From Hyphomicrobium sp. (GTDB taxonomy: Bacteria; Pseudomonadota; Alphaproteobacteria; Rhizobiales; Hyphomicrobiaceae), in NCBI RefSeq assembly GCF_019744875.1, contig NZ_JAIETU010000011.1, forward strand, positions 10,723-74,722: 64,000 nt of DNA, written 5' to 3'. The notes beneath the pieces were generated by a model. The model searched no databases and was not told the DNA's origin. It was given only the letters and a program-made list of their open reading frames with translations. Positions within the stretch are counted from its first letter, which is position 1; the number at the start of each line of letters is the position of its first letter. Shown one piece after another: positions 28,312-38,084 of this stretch. Both the position numbers and the translations under genes were made by a program.

Positions 28312-28658
28312 AGCGTTCATGGGTATGCCTGTTTCGAAATTTCTGTTCTGGGCTTTCGAGAAAGATCTCTACATCTGACGTCGCAACTCCCCTCTTGAGC
28401 AGACATGGTCGGCGATGCCGAGGAACGCGCAGTTTGCGAGGAGGCAGACTGCAGCTATTAGGACCTGCCAACTTGCATTCGCCTGTTATGGATCAGAACC
28501 GGTCCACATCGATAGCGAGCCGCTTTGTGTGCTGCTATCAGGTGCCCCAACACTTACTTTCAAAGCAACAAATGCGCATTGTCGAAGGCGTCGCCAAACT
28601 CGGGCGCGCTGCGTGCAATCGCGGGGACTTGCGGCGGCGTCAAACGCCGTTGCCTTCG

Positions 28659-28682
28659 CGCTATATACGTGCCTATATAACG
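28659..28682. promoter_or_regulatory. AT-rich palindrome CGCTATATAC-GTGC-CTATATAACG (copy 1 of 4)
   Basis: Lies in the 770-nt non-coding stretch upstream of the TonB-receptor operon. Matches CGCTATAT-N8-ATATARCG. Confidence 0.5.
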
Positions 28683-29083
28683 GGCAGAGATGCCGGGGGG
28701 CATCGAGTATTGCGTGGGGGAAACTGATGTCGCGGCCTGCCGCTGCAGCTATTGCTGCGGGCGTTTTTCAAACAAATTCGACGTTCGCTGAGGCTCAGCG
28801 ATTTCGCTGCTCCGGCAGCAGATCCAAGGTATCGAGCCTGCGCCCGGGGTTTCCAGCCCCCATTCGAGCTCAGAGTGACGGACCAGGTGGTCCTCCCGCC
28901 TAAGGGTCGCGTCTCACGCTTTTCCCGCATGATTTAGCGCTCTGCTATCCGCGACCAGCACCCTCACGCCCATCAGAACAGGGCCGACCGGTCCTGCGCG
29001 GAACCGATCATGCCGACACCCAACAACATATCAAACGTGGTGAGCCACATCGGCCATCGCGCGTATCGCTAGGAGCGTTGCGT

Positions 29084-31447
29084 ATGAGAGAAGTGAAATT
29101 CGCGCTGACTGCTGCATTGTTTATGGCGCCCATGCCGGCGCTGGCGCAGGAAGCGAAGACCAATGAGAAAATCGAAAGCCTGCCGCCTGTCACCGTGACC
29201 ACCAATTCGCCGGCGAAGGCAGCAAAGTCCGCTGTTGCGAAGAAAAAGCCGCAGGCCGCGCCTGTAAGCACTCAAAATGTGCAGATCGAAGGGGCCAACG
29301 AGGCCCCGTCAACTCCCTCCGTCACGAGCAAAATTGTCGGCGGCGTGATTGTCACGAATCCGGATCTCGGGCGGGTCAGTAGCGTCACGCGCGAGGGCCT
29401 CACACTGTTCGGTGGTGGGGCGCAGACGAGCTTCTATCAAGCCGCCAACATCCTGCCTTCCGTGAACGTTGAGAGCCCTGATCCCTACGGCCTTAGCGCG
29501 ACGCGCAACATCAACATTGCGGGCAAGTCAGACTTTCATCTCTCCCGCAACATCAACGGGCTCCCCGTCGCCGGGATCGTGGGTGGTGCCGATCTCTACG
29601 ATCTCGAGAACATCTATCGGCTTGACGTCTATCGGGGAGCGATCCCGGCTGACAAAAGTCTTGGCATGTCCAACGCGTCCGGCGTGATCGACCAGATTAT
29701 TCTTGGTCCGCAAGACAAATCATCGAGCTTCTTTTCGCAGAGCTTCGGATCCTGGGATTTCAGCAAGACGTTTGCGCGTTTCGACAGCGGGCTGTTGAGC
29801 ACGGGCACGAAGTTCTTCGTCTCGGGCTCGGTTACGGACGCGGACAAGTGGACCGGAGTGGGCGATTCATCGCGCGATAACGCCGCTTTGGGCTGGAGCC
29901 AGAAGTTCGGAGACAACCTGAACGTCGACGTCAACGCCGTCTACAACAAGTTCGACGGCAATCCCTATCGTGCGCTGACCTATGCGCAGACGCGCGATCT
30001 CAAGAGCAACTACAAATTCGACTACAACACCGCTTTGACCGGCAATCCAGCGGCCGACGTCAACTATTACAAATTCAACCGCTCGAGCGCAGAGACCTAC
30101 GCGCTCCAAGCAAACATCGACTACGAGTTCTCCGAAGGCCAGCACGTCGTGTTCAAGCCCTACTATTGGAACAACGATGGCGTGCAGTATTCTGCAGCCG
30201 GCAACAACGTCCAGATTTGGCGTCAGGAAAACGATAACGTTGGCGGCGTGCTCGAATACAAGGGCCAGTTCGGAACCGGCACAGACCTCACAGTCGGATA
30301 CTGGTGGCAGTCCATGGCGCCTCCTCCGCCGCCGACTGACCAGCGTCGCTTCAGAGTCACGCCGACTGGGGACTTGGCGTTCGTGTCGTGGAACACGATC
30401 GCAAAGATCGATGATTTCGTCATCAACAGCCCGTACGCGCAGCTTACGCAGACTTTCGGATCGATCACCGTCACCGGCGGATTGCGCTACATGAGCCTCG
30501 GTGCGCCGGAGATGCAGTATTTCAACGGAGCGGGCGTGCCTGATGGCACCTTGGATGATGCCCTGGCCACTAATCCTGCTCTTCTCCCCGGCACCTCGGT
30601 GGCGCAGCACGACTACAACGAGTTCCTTCCGAACATCGCCATCACCAAGGATTTCGGCGCCGGATGGAGCGCAAACATCGCATACGGTCGCAACCTGGGG
30701 CGGCCGGACTGGGGTCCGCAGGCAAACAACTACATTTCCAACCGCGCTGCCTTCCAGGCCAAAGGCATCACGCTTCAGGATCTCGTTGACAAAGTTAGAC
30801 CTGAAATTGCCGATCAGATTTCGGCTCAAGTCAGCTTCCAGGGAAATGGCCTGACGGTCATTCCCTCCGTCTTCTATGCTGAGCGCGCCAACAAGCAGGT
30901 GAAGATTATCGATCCCGGCATCGGCCCCAACATTGCCTATTACGAAGGGACCGGGTCGAGCACGGAATACGGCGCTGAATTGCAGGTGGGCTATCAGTTC
31001 GGGTCGGAACTTTTTGTCTTCGGTTCGGGAACACTCGCCTCTGAGACCTTCGATGCCGACACGGCAACGCTGAGCGGCGGCGCGCTGCTCGGCACCAAAG
31101 GAAAGCAGATCCCCAACACGCCCCAGACGATGCTCAAAGCCGGCCTGACCTATAGCTGGGAAGGCTTCTCGTTCACGCCGGTCGTCCGGTACATCGGGGA
31201 ACGCTATGGCGACGCGTCGAACCTACAAAAGGTCTCTGCGTATACGGTGGCCGATTTTACTGTCGGCTATGACGCCACCCGCCTGTTCGATCTGGAAGAG
31301 GTGACAATGAGGGTTGGCGTCATGAACGTGTTCGATAGCAAGTATGTGTCTCAGATCGCGCCTAACGATTTCGATCTGAGCTCGAACGCGACGTACTACG
31401 TGGGTGCCCCGCGTACCTTCGTTGGCACCGTGGCGGTGAAATACTAG
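29084..31447 (+). CDS. TonB-dependent outer-membrane receptor
   Basis: Signal peptide, plug domain, beta-barrel, C-terminal …TFVGTVAVKY. AGGAG lies 8 nt upstream of ATG 29084. Confidence 0.9.
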   Translation: MREVKFALTAALFMAPMPALAQEAKTNEKIESLPPVTVTTNSPAKAAKSAVAKKKPQAAPVSTQNVQIEGANEAPSTPSVTSKIVGGVIVTNPDLGRVSSVTREGLTLFGGGAQTSFYQAANILPSVNVESPDPYGLSATRNINIAGKSDFHLSRNINGLPVAGIVGGADLYDLENIYRLDVYRGAIPADKSLGMSNASGVIDQIILGPQDKSSSFFSQSFGSWDFSKTFARFDSGLLSTGTKFFVSGSVTDADKWTGVGDSSRDNAALGWSQKFGDNLNVDVNAVYNKFDGNPYRALTYAQTRDLKSNYKFDYNTALTGNPAADVNYYKFNRSSAETYALQANIDYEFSEGQHVVFKPYYWNNDGVQYSAAGNNVQIWRQENDNVGGVLEYKGQFGTGTDLTVGYWWQSMAPPPPPTDQRRFRVTPTGDLAFVSWNTIAKIDDFVINSPYAQLTQTFGSITVTGGLRYMSLGAPEMQYFNGAGVPDGTLDDALATNPALLPGTSVAQHDYNEFLPNIAITKDFGAGWSANIAYGRNLGRPDWGPQANNYISNRAAFQAKGITLQDLVDKVRPEIADQISAQVSFQGNGLTVIPSVFYAERANKQVKIIDPGIGPNIAYYEGTGSSTEYGAELQVGYQFGSELFVFGSGTLASETFDADTATLSGGALLGTKGKQIPNTPQTMLKAGLTYSWEGFSFTPVVRYIGERYGDASNLQKVSAYTVADFTVGYDATRLFDLEEVTMRVGVMNVFDSKYVSQIAPNDFDLSSNATYYVGAPRTFVGTVAVKY

Positions 31448-31473
31448 AGGACGGCACGAATGGAGCGTCGCAG

Positions 31474-32550
31474 ATGCTCCATTCGTGTGCTTCCGGGAAC
31501 GACTGCATGCTCCTGATGCAAACGATCGCTCGCCGATCTATCCCGCTATGGCTCTCTCTCGTCGTGTTGGTTGCTGCTGGAGCGTCCCCTGTCCGCGCAG
31601 ATCGCCTCGTGACGGATATGGCCGGACGGACTGTGAAGGTGCCTGACAGGATTGCGCATGTGGCAACCATCGGGCCCGTTCCGGTTCTGAACAGCTTTGT
31701 GTTCGCCATGGGAGAAGCGGCGACGATCGCCAACAATCTACCGCCCAATCTCGGAGGACCGAGGTGGCGCTTCCAGTATGTGTTCGCGCCGCAAATCGCA
31801 AAGCAGCCGGTTATTCAAACTGGTGACGGGCCGAGCATAGAGGGTGTCGCCCAGCTTGCCCCCGATGTCGTTTTGACGATGGATCGGCCCACCATCGATC
31901 TGGTGGAGCGGGCGCGCACGCCCGCGATCTATTTGGCGTGGCGGGAGCCGGACGATGTGAAGACGGCAATGCGTCTGCTTGGGGCCTTGTATGATAAGCC
32001 GGATGTGGCGGAAACCTACTGCCGGTACTTCGACGACTCTCTCGCCAAGGTCAGCGCCCGTACCGATGCGTTGTCCGCAGCCGATCGGCCACGCGTTCTT
32101 TATGCAAACCTCAAACGCCTAACGCAGCCGCATCGCATCGCCGAGTGGTGGATCGCGAAAGCCGGAGGAAAAAGCGTAACCGATGACGGTCGCACCAGCG
32201 AAGCGTTCAACTTTTCAATCGAGCAGGTTTTGCTCTGGGACCCCGAAGTGATCATCGTTAGCGGAGCCGACGAGATCGCTGATGCCTACGCCGATGCGCG
32301 GCTCGCCGGCGTTTCGGCCATAAAGAAGCGTCGCGTGTATGCCGTGCCGATGGGCGCGCACGTTTGGGGGAATAGAACAGCCGAGCAGCCCCTGACCGTT
32401 CTCTGGGCGGCCAAGAACTTCCATCCCGAGCTATTCAAAGATGTGTCCCTCACTGAGGAAGTGCGCTCCTTCTACGCCAAGTTTTTTAAGGCCGGCCTGA
32501 GCGACAACGACATCGATGTGATCCTGGAGGGTCGCGCCGGTGCCCGATAG
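31474..32550 (+). CDS. Periplasmic substrate-binding protein, iron-chelate/B12 (cluster A, FecB/BtuF-like) type
   Basis: Signal peptide ending …GASPVRA/DR and Peripla_BP_2-like layout. The start may instead be 31507 or 31516. Confidence 0.75.
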   Translation: MLHSCASGNDCMLLMQTIARRSIPLWLSLVVLVAAGASPVRADRLVTDMAGRTVKVPDRIAHVATIGPVPVLNSFVFAMGEAATIANNLPPNLGGPRWRFQYVFAPQIAKQPVIQTGDGPSIEGVAQLAPDVVLTMDRPTIDLVERARTPAIYLAWREPDDVKTAMRLLGALYDKPDVAETYCRYFDDSLAKVSARTDALSAADRPRVLYANLKRLTQPHRIAEWWIAKAGGKSVTDDGRTSEAFNFSIEQVLLWDPEVIIVSGADEIADAYADARLAGVSAIKKRRVYAVPMGAHVWGNRTAEQPLTVLWAAKNFHPELFKDVSLTEEVRSFYAKFFKAGLSDNDIDVILEGRAGAR

Positions 32551-32620
32551 ACAGAAACACGAAGGGGCTCTGAGCTGCGACGATCAGAGGCGTCAAGCTT
32601 CGCCCGATGCCGCAGCGCCA

Positions 32621-33643
32621 ATGGGCTCGACGGTTCGCATCGGCCTTTCCGGATGCGGCGGCGGCCTGGAGTCGATCTCGTCATCGAAGCTGCTGGATCT
32701 CGTGGAGAGGATCGAAGCCTGGGGGTTCGATGCGCTGTGGCTGAACGAGGAGCACTTCCAGGGCAGCATCGTTGAAGTCGAAGGGCGCCGATGCCATTCG
32801 CCTCTCATCCTTGCGAGCGCCGTTCTTGCGCGTACGCGCAAATTGCGCGTCGGCTTTTCCGTGCTGCTGCTTCCGCTTCATCACCCGGTGCGTCTCGCGG
32901 AGGAAATCGCGACACTCGACGTGCTGTCCGACGGCCGGGTCGATTTCGGCATTTCGCGAGGCGGCAATGGTCGTTATCTCGAAGTGTATGGTGTGGCTCC
33001 CGAAAGTGTGGAGGAGCGCTTCCAAACGACACTGGAGTTTTGCCTCCAGGCTTGGCAGCAAGGCACGATGACGTTCGGAGGGAATGCCTACTCGATCGAG
33101 CCGAAGCCGGTCCAGAAGCCTCACCCTCCTGTCTTCATCGGCACCTATTCCGACGAGATGGCGGGCTGGACGGCGCGCGAGGGCCACGCGCTGATATGCC
33201 ATGGCATCACGAGCATGGACAATCAACGCCGCCTGGTGAAGGCCTTCAGTGACGCCGGAGGCGACGTGCGACGCGTCCCGTTTGGACGATTTGTCTATGT
33301 GAGCGAGACGGACGCGAGTGCGCGCAAAGAGCTTTGGCCGACGGTGCTGAAATTGACGGAGAGGCTGAGAGGCTTCGGTCTGTTCAATCGTAAGGGTGTT
33401 GTCGCCGAGCGGGATCTCGATCCGGAGGTCTTCTTCAACGAGATGGTCATTGCGGGCAGCCCCGAGACGTGCGCGCGGAAGGTTCTCGCGCTCCATGACG
33501 AACTCGGGTTGACGTACCTCAATGCCTTGAGCGCGTTCTTCGGCTTTTTGCCGCTCGAACTTCTCGAAAAGTCGCTGGCTCTATTGGGAACTGAAGTCCG
33601 GCCGCGCGTGGAGCGCGTGCTGGCTGCCGGTCTCACATCATGA
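32621..33643 (+). CDS. Luciferase-like (LLM class) flavin-dependent oxidoreductase
   Basis: GFDALWLNEEHF…LAEEIATLDVLSDGRVDFGISRG…KPHPPVFIG. Sits between the binding-protein and permease genes. An alternative GVG-overlap start lies at 32540. Confidence 0.8.
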   Translation: MGSTVRIGLSGCGGGLESISSSKLLDLVERIEAWGFDALWLNEEHFQGSIVEVEGRRCHSPLILASAVLARTRKLRVGFSVLLLPLHHPVRLAEEIATLDVLSDGRVDFGISRGGNGRYLEVYGVAPESVEERFQTTLEFCLQAWQQGTMTFGGNAYSIEPKPVQKPHPPVFIGTYSDEMAGWTAREGHALICHGITSMDNQRRLVKAFSDAGGDVRRVPFGRFVYVSETDASARKELWPTVLKLTERLRGFGLFNRKGVVAERDLDPEVFFNEMVIAGSPETCARKVLALHDELGLTYLNALSAFFGFLPLELLEKSLALLGTEVRPRVERVLAAGLTS

Positions 33644-34659
33644 GACGGCCGCGTTTATTCTCAATCAGTGCGCTGCTGATGCTGGCGTTGCTTGGCATGA
33701 CGGCAGTGTCGCTCGCTGTTGGCCGTTATCCGCTGAGCCTCGCGGACATTTGGGAGTTCCTGCAGGCGTCGGTCGGCCTGCGCGATATTGGGTCAGAACG
33801 GTACGCGCTGCTCTACAACATCATCGTCGAAATTCGATTGCCGCGAGTTCTGGCGGCCATCCTGATCGGCGCGGCGCTGGCGATATCGGGCGCCTCATTC
33901 CAAGCCGTGTTTCGCAACCCACTGGTCTCTCCCGGCATCCTCGGCGTGCTCGGGGGTGCCAGCTTCGGAGCGGCGCTTGGCCTGCTGCTGTCGGATCAAT
34001 GGCTCGTGATTCAACTGCTTGCCTTCACGATGGCGCTTTTGGCAGTTGGGTTTGGGGTTTTTATCGCCAATCTCTTCGGGCCAGCGACGATGGTGACGCT
34101 TGTTCTCGGCGGCATCATCAGTGGTGCGCTGTTCACAGCCTTGTTGTCGATTACCAAGTACACGGCGGATCCCTACAATGAACTGCCGGCAATCGTTTAT
34201 TGGCTGATGGGTAGTCTCCAGGCCGTGCAGTTGACGCACATCACCGCGGTGGCAATCCCGATCATCGCCGGCATCGTGGTGCTGACGCTGCTCGGTCACG
34301 CACTCGATGCCCTGTCGATGGGTGACGACGAAGCCCGTTCACTGGGAGTTCCCGTCACGGCTGTTCGCTATGGTGTGATTATCATGGCTACTCTTATCTC
34401 CGCACTGTCGGTGTCGATCGCGGGGATCATCGGATGGGTTGGGCTCGTGGTCCCGAATTTCGCGCGTCTGGCGTTCGGGCCAGCGAACACCCGCCTTCTG
34501 CCGCTCAGCGCGCTTATTGGATCGTTGTTTCTGCTGAGCGCCGACCTCATCACGCGTGTCATAACTCCTGCAGAGATCCCCATCGGGATCGTTACAGAGC
34601 TGCTTGGCATTCCCGCATTCCTACTTGTCCTTGGAAGGGCTAGGCGGGCTTGGATCTAG
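33640..34659 (+). CDS. FecCD-family ABC permease (iron-chelate type)
   Basis: IVEIRLPRVLAAILIGAALAISGASFQAVFRNPLVSPGILG is a FecCD signature. Overlaps the LLM gene stop. Confidence 0.9.
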   Translation: MRRPRLFSISALLMLALLGMTAVSLAVGRYPLSLADIWEFLQASVGLRDIGSERYALLYNIIVEIRLPRVLAAILIGAALAISGASFQAVFRNPLVSPGILGVLGGASFGAALGLLLSDQWLVIQLLAFTMALLAVGFGVFIANLFGPATMVTLVLGGIISGALFTALLSITKYTADPYNELPAIVYWLMGSLQAVQLTHITAVAIPIIAGIVVLTLLGHALDALSMGDDEARSLGVPVTAVRYGVIIMATLISALSVSIAGIIGWVGLVVPNFARLAFGPANTRLLPLSALIGSLFLLSADLITRVITPAEIPIGIVTELLGIPAFLLVLGRARRAWI

Positions 34660-34679
34660 ATCAGGCAAAACCCATCCAG

Positions 34680-35480
34680 ATGGAGATGTCGCGAGGGCCT
34701 CATCTCGTGGCGCGCGACATACATTTTCGGATTGGCGCGCACAACATCCTGAAGGGCATCGATCTGGCCATTGGTCCCGGTGAGATCATGTCGCTCCTGG
34801 GTGCCAACGGAGCGGGCAAGACAACACTGCTGCGCGTATTGCTGGGGCTGATTTCGCCCGCCCAGGGACAGGTTCTTATCGACGACACCGCGACTTCGTC
34901 TCTGGCGCGACGAGACGTGGCGCAACGCATGGCCTATGTGCCGCAAGTCCACATGACGCCGTTCCCCTACACCGTCCGCGAAGTCGTCGCGATGGGACGG
35001 CTGTCGCGGAAGGGCTTGTTGGGCAATCCGTCCGATCGCGATCAAGAGGTCGTCCAAAGCGTTCTCGAGCAGATCGAGATTTCGCGCCTCGCCGATCGCG
35101 TCTACAGCGAGATTTCCGGAGGTGAGCGTCAGCTCACGCTCATCGCGCGGGCGCTCGCGCAGCAAGCGTCGATCCTCATCCTGGATGAGCCGATGGCTAA
35201 CCTCGACTTCGGCTATCAGACCTTGCTCAGCACGCATCTGAGAAAACTCGCCCAATCGGGTCACACGATCCTCATGAGCGGCCACGACCCGCAGCTCGCT
35301 TTTCATTCGTCGACGCGCATCGGGCTGCTGTTTGATGGCCGTCTCGAGCTGGACGGCAAGCCACAAGACGTTTTGACCGCAGGGACGATGCAAAGGCTTT
35401 ACGGGGTCGATGTCGACATCATCGCGCTCGCTGACGGCCGAAGAGCATTTTTCCCGGTTGTCAGCCCGGTTAGTCAGTGA
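34680..35480 (+). CDS. ABC transporter ATP-binding protein (FecE/FepC-like)
   Basis: Walker A GANGAGKTT, signature SGGERQ, Walker B ILILDEP. Confidence 0.9.
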   Translation: MEMSRGPHLVARDIHFRIGAHNILKGIDLAIGPGEIMSLLGANGAGKTTLLRVLLGLISPAQGQVLIDDTATSSLARRDVAQRMAYVPQVHMTPFPYTVREVVAMGRLSRKGLLGNPSDRDQEVVQSVLEQIEISRLADRVYSEISGGERQLTLIARALAQQASILILDEPMANLDFGYQTLLSTHLRKLAQSGHTILMSGHDPQLAFHSSTRIGLLFDGRLELDGKPQDVLTAGTMQRLYGVDVDIIALADGRRAFFPVVSPVSQ

Positions 35481-35515
35481 GTGAACCGCTCCGCGTACTT
35501 CGATGAATGTGCAGG

Positions 35516-36178
35516 CTACCCGCGCTTGGGCGATTGATCCGTCGGCTTCTGCGCGACGAGAAAGATGCGGGCGTCTTTCCGCGTAGATCCATGGCGCGCG
35601 CGTTCGATGATCGTAAAGCCGGCAGCTTCGATCTCTCCTTCGAGCTCAGCCGCAGAGAAGCACGATACATACGGAGCCTTGCCCGCGAACTGAGCAATCG
35701 GAATGGCGTATCGTATGAGGGGGTTCATCTCGGAGAGGCACGGGGTCTTCGAGATGAACAGGCCGCCGGGCTTCAATCGTCGATGGAGCGATGAAAGCGT
35801 CGAGGGCCGTGCAGGGATAAGATGTAAGAGGTTGAACGCGAGAACGGCGTTGTACGCGGCATCCGGTCCCGGAACGTCCCCAGCGGCCGCAACCGCGAAG
35901 TCGACATTCGTGCATCCTGCGGTCGCCACCTTTCCGCGCGCGATCGCGATCATCTCGCTCGACACGTCCGTTGCAATCAGGCGCCCCACGGCGGGAGCGA
36001 GCTTCAGCGCGGTCGTGCCCGTCCCGCAGCCGACCTCGAGCACGGTGTCTGTGGCTCCGAGGATTTCCCGCGTGCGCTCGATCGTGCGCTCGTAGCCAAT
36101 CGTGTCCTTGATCGGCGCGGCCGCATATTTGCGCGCTGCCTTGTCCCAGAACTGCGTGTCGTCAGTGGTGCTGACCAT
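35516..36178 (-). CDS. Class I SAM-dependent methyltransferase
   Basis: VLEVGCGTGTTALKLA motif I. Starts at MVSTTDD. The upstream part of track ORF 35516..36484 is non-coding. Confidence 0.8.
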   Translation of the reverse strand: MVSTTDDTQFWDKAARKYAAAPIKDTIGYERTIERTREILGATDTVLEVGCGTGTTALKLAPAVGRLIATDVSSEMIAIARGKVATAGCTNVDFAVAAAGDVPGPDAAYNAVLAFNLLHLIPARPSTLSSLHRRLKPGGLFISKTPCLSEMNPLIRYAIPIAQFAGKAPYVSCFSAAELEGEIEAAGFTIIERARHGSTRKDARIFLVAQKPTDQSPKRG

Positions 36179-36263
36179 TGCGATCCCCCTCGGCCGCAAC
36201 GATCTAACACATGCAAAATTCATTGGTATTGCCGCTGATTGCACATGGCATATACAAATATGC

Positions 36264-37157
36264 ATGGATGAGATCGATTGGAACCTTGTGCGGGCCTTCC
36301 ATGCGACGGCCGATGCCGGCTCGCTCTCGGCTGCGGCACGCAAGCTGGGGCTGACACAGCCGACGTTGTCGCGCCAGGTTGCGGCGTTGGAAGCAAAGCT
36401 CGGCGTCACTCTGTTCGAGAGAGTGGGCAAAAAGCTCATAGCGACCGACGTCGCCCTTGGACTTCTCGCGCATGCCCAGAACATGGCGACAGCGGCCGAC
36501 GCAATGGCGCTCGCGGCCGCTGGATCCGTTCAGGACGTGGAAGGTCGCGTCACCATTTCGGCAACGGATACGATCGCGGCGTATGTCCTGCCCGATATCG
36601 TCGCGCGCCTTCGGCGCGAGGCGCCTCAAGTCACTGTTGCCATTGTGGCCTCGAATTCATTCAGCGACCTGAGACGGCGCGAAGCCGACATCGCCATCCG
36701 TCATGTGCGTCCGACTGAGCCCGAGTTGATCGGCCGGCTGGTGCGCGAAACGACGGCTCACTTCTACGCCTCCGCCCGGTGGATTGCCGAGAACGGATTG
36801 CCGGCCTCGTTTGAGAGCATTTCCGCAGCGGATCTCGTGGCCTTCGAGCCTGTCGAGCAATTTGCGGAGCATCTGGCTCGCATCGGTATCACTGTCAGGC
36901 CCGATGAATTTCGCATGGTCTCGGAGAACGCGGTCGTGCTGTGGGAGATCGTTCGCAGCGGGCTTGGCGTTTGCATGATGCTTCGCGAAATCGCGGAGCG
37001 CACGCCGGGTATAGTCCGTCTGCTCCCCGATTTGCCCGGAGTTCCTGTGCCGATCTGGCTCGTCAGCCACCGCGAGCTGCGCACGAGCCGGCGCGTGCGC
37101 CTGGTCTTTCAGATCCTCGCCGAGGAACTGAGTGGCGAGGGCTGCGTTCCGTGTTGA
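36264..37157 (+). CDS. LysR-family transcriptional regulator
   Basis: HTH motif LVRAFHATADAGSLSAAARKLGLTQPTLSRQVAALE. Divergent from the methyltransferase. GCATAT-ACAA-ATATGC sits at the start codon. Confidence 0.9.
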   Translation: MDEIDWNLVRAFHATADAGSLSAAARKLGLTQPTLSRQVAALEAKLGVTLFERVGKKLIATDVALGLLAHAQNMATAADAMALAAAGSVQDVEGRVTISATDTIAAYVLPDIVARLRREAPQVTVAIVASNSFSDLRRREADIAIRHVRPTEPELIGRLVRETTAHFYASARWIAENGLPASFESISAADLVAFEPVEQFAEHLARIGITVRPDEFRMVSENAVVLWEIVRSGLGVCMMLREIAERTPGIVRLLPDLPGVPVPIWLVSHRELRTSRRVRLVFQILAEELSGEGCVPC

Positions 37158-37302
37158 GTGTGTGCCGGATGTCGCGGAACCGATACGTGTGTGAGGCAGT
37201 GTGGTAGCTGTGCGCCACCTCACTGTATGGATGACGCGACGCCCAACAAACGACACGATGCCGTGGCCGTTGGTGGCCAAGGCTGATGTCAATTTCGATC
37301 GA

Positions 37303-37755
37303 ATGCAAATGAGCCGTATCCGCAGACTGGCCGCGAGCTTTCTGATCGTTCTGCTGGTGCCATCTTTGGCGCTCGCGGCGACGCCGCTTCGCTATTGCAT
37401 CGGGCCGTCCGGTCATCAGGCGCTCGAGTTTGTCATCGACGGCATCTCCCACAGCGGCAATCACGCAAGCCACGGTCACTCATCGCAAGATGCTGACGAC
37501 TGCAGCGATGCCGGCAGCACGGCGTTCTTAGACGCCGAGAGGTGCACCGATACGGCGTTGATGGACACGGCTTCGGCGCCGCCCGTGGTGGACCTGAAGC
37601 ACCTCACAGTGTCGTCGCTGTTAGCGCAGCCGTTGTTCGTGATGCCCGCAGCGTCCGCCGACGATTTGCGCGGTCCTCCTATCGCCAATAGTCACAAGCC
37701 TCAGCTTGTCGATCCGCGCGTTGCGATCCGTCGCACGACGGTGCTGCTCATTTAG
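37303..37755 (+). CDS. Secreted Cys/His-rich protein of unknown function
   Basis: Signal peptide (…VPSLALA/ATP), then RYCIGPSGHQALEFVIDGISHSGNHASHGHSSQDADDC…ERC. No family recognised. A hairpin + TTTTCC follows at about 37774-37810. Confidence 0.55.
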   Translation: MQMSRIRRLAASFLIVLLVPSLALAATPLRYCIGPSGHQALEFVIDGISHSGNHASHGHSSQDADDCSDAGSTAFLDAERCTDTALMDTASAPPVVDLKHLTVSSLLAQPLFVMPAASADDLRGPPIANSHKPQLVDPRVAIRRTTVLLI

Positions 37756-38084
37756 AGCCATCGCGCCCTGCGCGTGCCTCACCTGCAATGCGGGTGAGCA
37801 CACTTTTCCAAACATCTGACAGCTCCGGCCTTGCCTTCGGCAATGCTCCAGCGTGCTCACGCTAACCGCCTCATTTCGATGAGTGGGGATCGATGAGTCG
37901 TGCGCGGATGCAAGTCGAGTTGGCCGCGCGGACGCTACGGACGTCACGGAGGCGGGCGCAAGCCCTGCCACCTCAAGGAACACGGCAATCGACAAGGAGG
38001 AAGCACGCCCTAAGCGACGAAACATTCATTGCGGCCGGTGAGGCCGTTCCAACCTCAACGCAGACCTAAACCTGGAGATGAAAA

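Noticed and set aside
28449-28755. 11-nt repeat CTGCAGCTATT occurring twice in the leader (about 28449 and 28745)
   Set aside because: An 11-mer match between two positions is expected many times by chance in a 64-kb window, and there is no extended similarity around it.
28395-28903. Track ORFs 28395..28727 and 28415..28903 (and a 59-aa sub-ORF from ATG 28727) in the leader of the TonB-receptor operon
   Set aside because: The translations are Arg/Cys/Ala noise, third-position GC is only about 50% by hand count in a genome where genes run much higher, and there is no recognisable family. The region is treated as non-coding.
28312-29083. Possible cobalamin riboswitch upstream of a TonB receptor + BtuF-like ABC importer
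   Set aside because: I looked for the B12 box (GCCACTG and the AG.CAGGA.ACCTGCC-type 3' element in the correct order, and the GGGAA/GGTG core) and did not find a consistent arrangement. Only an isolated GGACCTGCC occurs at about 28462. An Rfam scan would be decisive.
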